This document shows, piece after piece, positions 42,234 through 48,944 of a DNA stretch of 48,944 nt (positions are counted from its first letter, which is position 1; each line of letters opens with the position of its first letter). The stretch spans positions 34,583 through 83,526 of the forward strand of contig MFJZ01000058.1 in NCBI GenBank assembly GCA_001781025.1, read 5' to 3'. This stretch comes from Candidatus Gottesmanbacteria bacterium RIFCSPLOWO2_01_FULL_49_10. GTDB lineage: Bacteria > Patescibacteriota > Microgenomatia > UBA10105 > UBA927. A program made the translations under genes and the position numbers. Under the pieces are notes generated by a model. The model saw nothing but the letters and a program-made list of their open reading frames with translations. It was not told the DNA's origin and did not search any database.

Positions 42234-43329
42234 AGATACTACCTGAAAGAAACAGGGGTACTACGGTCACTATTTTTTTCACGACTGGCGTGATGCCACC
42301 CCATTCCCGGGTCCATAAAAAGGGAACGATCCGTAGTGAAAGTCCCAGGGACAACACATATGCGCCGTCCAGAACGACAATTGGACCCGGAACTAATGCG
42401 AGAAAGGTCATCGGCCAGATGAAATACCATGGATACAGTTCCTCCCGTAGGGGCGATAACAAAAAAATTACAAACATACTAACGGCTGACCATCTCCACA
42501 CAGCGTTCCAGTAAATATCGTTCTTTCTGGCTTGTTGCCACACAATCCAAACAAATACCGGAAGGAGTGCTACTGTGGCACCCTTTATCAGTATTGAACA
42601 GACGAAAATGAATGCCGACGCCAAAACGCGCCGTCGTTTCAATAAGTCAAACGCAAACAAGGCAAGAAACATCATTACGACATCGTTATGACCATCGACA
42701 AGCGTTTGTAGGATGACAAGAGGATTAAGGGCAAACCAAATAAGGTTTGTGAGTTTTTGTTGAGAATGTTTCCATAGAAACCACAACAGAAAAAGATAGA
42801 AGCCTGCAACCAAAGATTTAAATGCATACAACGTAATCAAAAGATTACCAAAACCCAACCGATACGGTATAAACGTCATGGCAATCCAGACAGGACCGTA
42901 GAGAGCAACCTTATTGGACGCATGAAGAAATGACAGCATTTGCTCGTTTCTTATGTCTATCGGCATCACGACGTACGGATTTTCCTTATAAAGGAACGTC
43001 ACCTTGGCGGTCGCGATGTAATTGAAAATATCATTAGAAAAAGCCGGAAAGGCACACACCAAACTTAGAACAGTCAGGAAAATAATCTTCCAAACAAAAC
43101 GAGCAGACACTTTTTTTTCCGAAGCGAGACCCAACAGATATCGATGGTAAACAAAAAGCACAATAAGCGTACCGACGTACCACGCTGTCGGATAAACGCG
43201 GGCAAACTGAACAAGCCGATATATTTCCCCAAAACGAGGGAATGGAGAATTTGCGTCGACGAAACCATAGGACACAAACACAAGGAGCCAAAGAACGACA
43301 AAGTAGAGGAGATGAAAAATTATAGCCAT
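42211..43329 (-). CDS. GT87/DUF2029-like polytopic membrane glycosyltransferase candidate
   Basis: 'FSNDIFNYIATAKVTFLYKENPYVVMP', 'LYGPVWI' and 'LNPLVILQTLVDGHNDVVMMFLALFAF' resemble the S.DvysY...NPY / YGP / NPL...G.ND motifs of mycobacterial-type polyprenyl-P-mannose-dependent mannosyltransferases. Confidence 0.6.
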   Translation of the reverse strand: MAIIFHLLYFVVLWLLVFVSYGFVDANSPFPRFGEIYRLVQFARVYPTAWYVGTLIVLFVYHRYLLGLASEKKVSARFVWKIIFLTVLSLVCAFPAFSNDIFNYIATAKVTFLYKENPYVVMPIDIRNEQMLSFLHASNKVALYGPVWIAMTFIPYRLGFGNLLITLYAFKSLVAGFYLFLLWFLWKHSQQKLTNLIWFALNPLVILQTLVDGHNDVVMMFLALFAFDLLKRRRVLASAFIFVCSILIKGATVALLPVFVWIVWQQARKNDIYWNAVWRWSAVSMFVIFLLSPLREELYPWYFIWPMTFLALVPGPIVVLDGAYVLSLGLSLRIVPFLWTREWGGITPVVKKIVTVVPLFLSGSIYAILKKL

Positions 43330-43343
43330 AGCAACAAGAAACC

Positions 43344-44498
43344 TTATCGAGACAGTACCTTAGTAACTACCGCGGTTATCGCTGCAACACCGATAATGAA
43401 TGTGACCGGGAGATACGGCAAGAGGAATCGGGAAGATATGACGCCGACAGATAAAAAGAGACTGTACACGATGATCCAAAAAATACATACAAGATGCGCA
43501 TAGCTTGGTCGTTGCTTTCGGATGAGAATAACCACCGCAAAGACTATCCAAACTATGGTAAAAGCCGGCCATGTCCAACGCCAGTCATCGGCATGGATAA
43601 TACTTCTGTCTCCCCACCAGGCCTGCCACTCGTTAAAAAATATAAGCCGCCAGGAAGAAAGCGGATACTGGAGTTTACTTTGTTGGTACAACAATATCCA
43701 TTTCTGAAAACCAAAAAAGTCCCACAATGAATACCCGCTCAGAAATGTCCGGAGATACGTAACAGAAAAGACCAAGAGAGATAGAGGTAAAAACATCACA
43801 AATCGCCGCGTCTTTTGCCAAACATCTTGAGACAGGAGCAGAGAAATAGAAAAACAACCCACAAGGAGTATTGCGGGAATGACCGACTTTGTTGCCATTA
43901 CAATCCCGAGAAGTATACACGTCCAGAAAAACCTTCCTCTCTTAGACTCTCGTATGAATACATAAATTGTGACGAGAATGAAAGGCAATTGAATAATATC
44001 CATAAGCGGAGTCACCTTTAGCTGATTTTCAAAAAGCGGTTCCGTCGCCATCAATAAAACCGGTAGAAGCGCAACGACGCGATCTCGTAATACTGTGAGT
44101 CCCAAGAGCCAAACAGCAACCAACGTAAAAAGCGCAAAAGGGATAGCGACGATGCGGTCGTTTTTAAACAGTGCGATAGAAAGTCCGACTATATATTTCC
44201 CCAGGGGAGTAATTTCTGAATTTATAAGAATCGGGTCTGTCCCGCGAATATACGCTCCGGATGCGTAGCCAAGTATCGTTTCATCAGGGAGAAGCGCCGT
44301 AGGCTGTTTTTGACGATACTGAGATCTTGAATACGCATCCTCTAGAAACGAATAATACGAATCGGTATAGTAGGGAGATATATACGACGCATAATTTGGT
44401 GCGATAATAACGACGAGTCGATACGCTATATATCCTGTAAAGACGAGAGACATGAGTCCCCTCGCCCAACTTCGACCGGATAAACGATGGGTATTCAT
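43344..44498 (-). CDS. PMT/GT39-like polytopic membrane glycosyltransferase candidate
   Basis: The first-loop 'LPDETILGYASGAYIRG...EITPLGKYIVGLSIALF' parallels the PMT 'DE...y...hPPLgK' motif. The start ATG 44498 forms ATGA with the upstream stop. Confidence 0.65.
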   Translation of the reverse strand: MNTHRLSGRSWARGLMSLVFTGYIAYRLVVIIAPNYASYISPYYTDSYYSFLEDAYSRSQYRQKQPTALLPDETILGYASGAYIRGTDPILINSEITPLGKYIVGLSIALFKNDRIVAIPFALFTLVAVWLLGLTVLRDRVVALLPVLLMATEPLFENQLKVTPLMDIIQLPFILVTIYVFIRESKRGRFFWTCILLGIVMATKSVIPAILLVGCFSISLLLSQDVWQKTRRFVMFLPLSLLVFSVTYLRTFLSGYSLWDFFGFQKWILLYQQSKLQYPLSSWRLIFFNEWQAWWGDRSIIHADDWRWTWPAFTIVWIVFAVVILIRKQRPSYAHLVCIFWIIVYSLFLSVGVISSRFLLPYLPVTFIIGVAAITAVVTKVLSR

Positions 44499-45037
44499 TC
44501 TATAAGTTGTAGTATATTCTGACGTATCTGTATGGACTCTTCGATATTTATTGCGATACGTAATTTTGTCGGTTTTCCTTTTTCTGGCGTCCAATCAAAT
44601 TCCACGGGTGTCGTCTTTTGGATAGACTCAAGAACTTCTCTATGCTTCTTCATTGCTTCGATAACTCTTGCCTTAATCTCTGACATGTCTTTCCCTTCTT
44701 TTATTCCTTGTCCCAGATACAGTGGAATCTGCTGTACCGCGTTATTGGATTCTTTTAGGGCGTCGGTTGCTAGAAGATACTGTTTATACTCATAGAGCGT
44801 TTTGGCTTCCACAATTTCAGAGTCAGTCAGATCGAGGTAATAGCCTAGCGATGCTATATTTCCCCAGCACCACCAACGCTTTGCCAAACGCACGAATTTC
44901 GAAATTCTATAGAATCGGTTCCCAGGCATGTAAGAGGGATACGGCAATACATAGTCACTGTAAACTCGCTGGGTACAAAGACTCATAAAAAGAATGAATA
45001 CGCTGGCTGCAATGGGAATCTTAATGTTCTGCTTCAT
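44495..45037 (-). CDS. Secreted helical protein, DUF5667-like; paralogue of 12669..13220
   Basis: The signal-like N-terminus is 'MKQNIKIPIAASVFILFMSLCTQRVYS'. It is followed by 'DYVLPYPSYMPGNRFYRISKFVRLA', which parallels 'MPYPGMLPDNSLYKLKVLRDKI'. ATG 45037 was chosen because the ORF-track extension lies inside the upstream gene. Confidence 0.55.
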   Translation of the reverse strand: MKQNIKIPIAASVFILFMSLCTQRVYSDYVLPYPSYMPGNRFYRISKFVRLAKRWWCWGNIASLGYYLDLTDSEIVEAKTLYEYKQYLLATDALKESNNAVQQIPLYLGQGIKEGKDMSEIKARVIEAMKKHREVLESIQKTTPVEFDWTPEKGKPTKLRIAINIEESIQIRQNILQLIE

Positions 45038-45824
45038 GAAATATTTTCTTGGAACCCTTGTGACGAATATGTAGATATTTTTGAAATGCAATCGGATAAT
45101 GGAGCGCGGAGAAAAGTGCAAATAATAATCCGTACCAGCCGTCGATAAAACCTTTGTGACGGACAAAAAGATTCACAAATGTCACGATCGGCAACATGAC
45201 ATTGTACTCGAGAATCGTCATCATTGTCACAAAAATGTTCTTTTGCAACAACTCATGCGCAGCAAGACTTGTGTAGGCATCTGCTTTTCTCCAATACTCC
45301 GATACTGAGCGATAGGTATTGTGAGTGAGCGGTTCATGAAGATAACCGACAGAACCGGCGATTTGTATCTGCTCATGAACGCTCTTACAGGGAAACGCTC
45401 CTTTACCGCGCTTAAACAGCCGAATGACGTAATCCGGAAATTGACCACCTTTTCTCAGCCAATGCCCGCAGAAAAAATTTTTCCTGGGTATAAAATATCC
45501 ATCACGTGTTGCTCTTTCTGTCGCCACGGTAATTGAATATATTTCTCGCTGCAACTCTCCCGATACAATCTCGTCAGCATCCAGCTGCAGAATCCATTTT
45601 CCGCTACACGCCTCAACTGCTTTTTGTTTATTCAGATGAAAAATCGGAGGATTGGGAGATGAGATGACATGCGCACCAAAACGCTTCGCGATTCCGACAG
45701 TCTTGTCCTGGGATCCGCCGTCAACGAGAATTATTTCGTCTACCCATGATGATACGCTCACAAGACAGGGAGCTATATTTTCTTCTTCGTTGTATGTTGC
45801 GATCGCCACAGATATAGTTTTCAC
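45021..45824 (-). CDS. Family-2 glycosyltransferase, WaaE/KdtX-like, with a C-terminal hydrophobic tail
   Basis: Contains 'ISVAIATYNEEENI...ILVDGGSQDKT...LQLDADE', 'GHWLRKGGQFPDYVIRLFKRGKG' and 'VHEQIQI...LHEPLTHNTYRS'. GTG 45824 forms a GTGA overlap with the upstream stop. GTG 45878 is the alternative. Confidence 0.75.
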   Translation of the reverse strand: MKTISVAIATYNEEENIAPCLVSVSSWVDEIILVDGGSQDKTVGIAKRFGAHVISSPNPPIFHLNKQKAVEACSGKWILQLDADEIVSGELQREIYSITVATERATRDGYFIPRKNFFCGHWLRKGGQFPDYVIRLFKRGKGAFPCKSVHEQIQIAGSVGYLHEPLTHNTYRSVSEYWRKADAYTSLAAHELLQKNIFVTMMTILEYNVMLPIVTFVNLFVRHKGFIDGWYGLLFALFSALHYPIAFQKYLHIRHKGSKKIFHEAEH

Positions 45825-47518
45825 GTCCTCCTCCTTTTTACTCCGACAATTACCTTTGGGAACATTCGGACCCAGCACCAGGTGAGGACAAAAAATAATA
45901 ATCCCACCAGACTCACTTGATTTGCGCGTGTTCTTAATTTGGTATCCGTAAAAGACACCATAACGCTGTGTTGACCGGGTTCAATCCAAAACGTCATGAG
46001 TCCTCGATAATCAGGATCCTGATATTGAACCTCTGTGCTATTGAGACGACTTCCGTCTATGTCTATGTTCCAACCGGGAAAATAGAGAGTATTTTCCACA
46101 ATTCTCGTTTTTGTTTTCGCGTTGATGACATAGGAGTGATGGGTGCTTTTGCGTGACCCTGGAGCTATGTTCGCGTTACCTGAAATCACCTCCGCGGGCG
46201 CGCGTGGAAAGTGCTCCATGAAACGGATTGACCATATGGGGCTACTCTCTCCCGTATCGGTAGTACCCGGATACGGCAAGTCAAATATCTTTTCATCTTT
46301 TGGGCTGTACTGCTTGGCATGCCACATCGGAATGGTCGTGACGATTGACACGAAAAGAATTACAACAACAAAACCAAGCGTGTATTTTTTGGGCAACGAT
46401 GATACTGCTATACCCCCCAAAACCGAAAGAATAAATACCGCAACAGACAAAAAACGCCAGGGAAATTGGAACTTCTGAAGGATGGTTATGGCATTCCACA
46501 ACGGCGAAGAGACACTCGTCATCATGAGTAAAATTCCAAAAAGTACTGCAAGTACAACCAGTAATAATTTTTTCCTGAGCGTATCTGTGCGAGGATGAAC
46601 TATCAATACTATCGACAAGCCTACCACAAGCAATCCAGAAATCCCGATTTCTTTCGTGAATTCGTTCCCTCCCCCCCAATTCCACGGAGACCATATAAAT
46701 GACTGCCAGGGAACAAATCGTGAAGCAAAATCACCCTTCGTCACGATATCCCGAAGCGTGTATTTGCCTTCAAGAAATGCCGGCATCCAGAAGAATGCCG
46801 AAACGAAAAAGCCAATCACCGCAAACCACCAACCGCGAACAAAAAAACCTAGTCGATCCTTGGCTTCAAAGAAAAACAAATATCCGCCGTACAGTAGTAA
46901 AAACGGCAGCATCATAAGCGACACTGCGTTGTGTGACAAAAGAAGTCCTGCAATACCCAGCCCTACCGCAAACCCGGCTGTGGCATCAGACTGACGTCCC
47001 CATGACTCCTTCAGTAGCCCCCATGCGATAAGGGGTGGAAATATGAATGCGACATGTTCGCCGATAGCGCCGCGCACGTAAAGATCAACGAACCGATATG
47101 GCGCAAAACCATAAAGAACGGCGGCGAGTGAGCCCGGTAGGGCTCCCCAGGCGGTGGATGCAAAAAGATACATCGCTAGTAAGCTTGCAATATACGAAAC
47201 CGCAAATACGAGCTTCGTGCTGTCTACGAATGAAAACCCAAGTGCATGAAAGAATGATGCGACATACGAAGGAAGCGGGTAGAGAAACATCAGGATCGGG
47301 TGCCCATATCCCCAGTTCAGGTTCCCCGCCCACCGAGGGACCAAAATGCCTTCTCTGAGAGACGCATAAAAACTGGCTATCCTTGCCACATGATCCGGAG
47401 TGTCATGACCAAGCGGTATGCCCGGGTGGAATAAATCCAATAGTGGCACGAAGGATATACTCACCAGAACAATAAGGAGCATGCGCTCAAGGTGTATTAT
47501 TTTAATCAGCTTATTCAT
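45821..47518 (-). CDS. Polytopic membrane protein of the 'PTPS-related' type (GT-C-like); paralogue of 37805..39376
   Basis: See the evidence for 37805..39376. The C-terminal module is 'LYFPGWNIDIDGSR...GQHSVMVSF' plus the terminal TM 'LVGLLFFVLTWCWV'. ATG 47518 was chosen, 4 nt after the upstream stop. Confidence 0.65.
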   Translation of the reverse strand: MNKLIKIIHLERMLLIVLVSISFVPLLDLFHPGIPLGHDTPDHVARIASFYASLREGILVPRWAGNLNWGYGHPILMFLYPLPSYVASFFHALGFSFVDSTKLVFAVSYIASLLAMYLFASTAWGALPGSLAAVLYGFAPYRFVDLYVRGAIGEHVAFIFPPLIAWGLLKESWGRQSDATAGFAVGLGIAGLLLSHNAVSLMMLPFLLLYGGYLFFFEAKDRLGFFVRGWWFAVIGFFVSAFFWMPAFLEGKYTLRDIVTKGDFASRFVPWQSFIWSPWNWGGGNEFTKEIGISGLLVVGLSIVLIVHPRTDTLRKKLLLVVLAVLFGILLMMTSVSSPLWNAITILQKFQFPWRFLSVAVFILSVLGGIAVSSLPKKYTLGFVVVILFVSIVTTIPMWHAKQYSPKDEKIFDLPYPGTTDTGESSPIWSIRFMEHFPRAPAEVISGNANIAPGSRKSTHHSYVINAKTKTRIVENTLYFPGWNIDIDGSRLNSTEVQYQDPDYRGLMTFWIEPGQHSVMVSFTDTKLRTRANQVSLVGLLFFVLTWCWVRMFPKVIVGVKRRRT

Positions 47519-47522
47519 GCGG

Positions 47523-48944
47523 TCATCGACTCGCGATACGGATCGCCTCATCGCCATTGAGATAAAAAATAGTTGCAAGCGTCGCTTGGGGGATTTCCTT
47601 GGGAGTACCGATAAAGAGTGTCTTTTCATTTTTCGTTTCACCATCCCAGTCTATCGGCCGAAACTCATATATATCAAAGCGATTTTTCCTCTCAGCAAAT
47701 CCACCGGATGCGGTACCACCCTCTGCAAGATAGCGCACGGGATCATACTTAAGGAAAAAAAGAAAAAACATGTGCGGCTGTTCGAGCCTGGTCGAAACAA
47801 CGATTCGATCATAGTCCTGCCGATGTTGCTGGGCGTATGCCGCTGCCTCTTTATACCCATACTGCCAGTACTTTGAATACTCGTGATTCATGTGACCAAA
47901 GTACATATGGAGGTAGTAGACAATATTAATCATAAAACATAAAAGAGTGAACGAGAGAATCAATGCGCCAATACCTTTTGAGTATTTTTCCTTCACGATG
48001 GAAATATAGGCTATAACCCCCGCGGCGCTAAATATTTGAAATGTCGGCAGAAAGACAAGTGTCCGTATTGCGTGGGGGAGTTCCGTGGTTGGAGATGCGG
48101 CAATCGGCGCAATGAGAAACCAAGAAAAAAGCAGTGTCCTAGCCTTATTTTTTTGTTTTCCTATCTGGTACATCCCAAACAGGAAAAACGGCAGCTCAAT
48201 AATGTATAAAAGTCCCATGTCCGGTGCGTGGTGACGAGGGTTGTCCCCAGTCAAAAATAGCCATCTCATCGAATAATGGGCGAGGTACCCGTCGACAAGC
48301 GTTTTAAACCAAACCAATCTTCTGTTGTCAAATACCAACCCCCACGCATTTCCGTCTTTACCATCTTTTTCCAGCTTGGCCACTGTTCTTGCCAGAAGCC
48401 CTGTCTGGTCTGCAAGCGAACTCGTACCGCGAAGCCTCGTAAGAGTCGACTGATTCATAAAGACAGAAAACAGCGGAAGGGCAGTGACTATCCCGACAAT
48501 TCCGCAATACAAAAAATGCCGCCGCATGACCAAAACGTGCTTTCTGTAGATAACGACAAGAAGGACAACGAGAAATGGTACAAAAATCCGCTCACTATGA
48601 TAGGCATACAACGAGAGTCCAAACAAGAATGCCGAAAAAAGAAGCATGCGTTTATTGATGAGTCCCTTAAGGAAACAGTACGTTGCAAAAATATTAAGTG
48701 CCACGCCGAGATTTGCCTCAAAGGCAATTCTTGAAAACTGTATATGCCACGGCGACAATGCCAGGAGAAGTGACGCAACCAGTGCCAGGTCTTTTCTTGA
48801 AAAAAGTTCCTTCGTTAACAGGTACGTCCCATAGACGGCGAGTATCCCAGCCAACGCCGACGGAAGTCTTACCGCCCATGTCTCCAAACCAAACAGAGCA
48901 ACAAACGGAATAGTTACATACATATAAAGTGGTGGCTTATAGTC
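47523..48944 (-). CDS. ArnT/PMT_2-like (GT39/GT83-type) polytopic glycosyltransferase; 5' end runs off the right window edge
   Basis: The reading frame stays open upstream of the track's Met. Nt 48944..48924 translate to 'DYKPPLY', then 'MYVTIPFVALFG...WAVRLPSALAGILAVYGTYLLTKELF...LALSPWHIQFSRIAFEANLG'. This is the typical ArnT-like first loop and TM2-4. Confidence 0.8.
   Translation of the reverse strand, partial: DYKPPLYMYVTIPFVALFGLETWAVRLPSALAGILAVYGTYLLTKELFSRKDLALVASLLLALSPWHIQFSRIAFEANLGVALNIFATYCFLKGLINKRMLLFSAFLFGLSLYAYHSERIFVPFLVVLLVVIYRKHVLVMRRHFLYCGIVGIVTALPLFSVFMNQSTLTRLRGTSSLADQTGLLARTVAKLEKDGKDGNAWGLVFDNRRLVWFKTLVDGYLAHYSMRWLFLTGDNPRHHAPDMGLLYIIELPFFLFGMYQIGKQKNKARTLLFSWFLIAPIAASPTTELPHAIRTLVFLPTFQIFSAAGVIAYISIVKEKYSKGIGALILSFTLLCFMINIVYYLHMYFGHMNHEYSKYWQYGYKEAAAYAQQHRQDYDRIVVSTRLEQPHMFFLFFLKYDPVRYLAEGGTASGGFAERKNRFDIYEFRPIDWDGETKNEKTLFIGTPKEIPQATLATIFYLNGDEAIRIASR

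Noticed and set aside
44957-45037. Possible lipoprotein lipobox around 'FMSLC' in the secreted protein
   Set aside because: The residues before the Cys (M-S-L) do not fit the L-[AS]-[GA]-C consensus, because Leu sits at position -1. A type I signal peptide is more likely.
1-48944. Search for CRISPR arrays, tRNA/rRNA genes, transposases, integrases, toxin-antitoxin genes or known defence-system genes
   Set aside because: The window is about 98-99% coding, with every gene assignable to glycan metabolism or membrane proteins. The longest intergenic gaps are 131, 93 and 80 nt. They contain only promoter-like AT-rich sequence, and no repeat arrays or RNA-gene-like structure were seen by eye.

Overview
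This 48.9-kb window is a nearly gap-free glycan-biosynthesis island. With my start choices only about 660 nt are non-coding. I call 44 protein-coding genes in nine alternating strand blocks. I saw no rRNA, tRNA, CRISPR array, transposase, integrase or phage genes.

Content:
1. NDP-sugar tailoring. There is a CDP-glucose branch made of rfbF, a 4,6-dehydratase, a C-methyltransferase, a 3,5-epimerase and a 4-reductase. There are two adjacent PMP-type 3-dehydrases, one RfbH/E1-type with Fe-S cysteines and one ColD-type. There is also a ColC/Fcl-like SDR, a CDP-paratose 2-epimerase-like SDR, three further SDRs, a DegT aminotransferase with a sugar N-formyltransferase, a B12-radical-SAM enzyme and a class I methyltransferase.
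2. Cytoplasmic glycosyltransferases: four GT-B/GT4-like and four other GT2.
3. Four DPM1/GtrB-like GT2, which are candidate polyprenyl-phosphate-sugar synthases.
4. One Wzx/MOP-type flippase.
5. Ten large polytopic membrane proteins with GT-C-like features. Their families are ArnT/PMT-like, PTPS-related-type, GT87/DUF2029-like, PIG-V-like, AftD-like, one fused to a discoidin domain, and two unassigned. Seven of them lie consecutively in one translationally coupled operon at 37.8-48.9 kb.
6. A split transketolase that is translationally coupled to the locus at the left edge.

Not seen in the window: an initiating phosphoglycosyltransferase, Wzy/Wzz/WaaL, an E3 reductase for the E1 dehydrase, or any outer-membrane/LPS export genes.

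The most interesting signal is the density and diversity of GT-C candidates combined with 3,6-dideoxyhexose-type chemistry. Base composition is visibly mosaic. The gene style suggests a Candidate Phyla Radiation-type organism: low GC, few Shine-Dalgarno motifs, DUF5667-like secreted proteins and PTPS-related-type membrane proteins. That taxonomic reading is inference only.

All family assignments are by-eye motif recognition. No database search was run.
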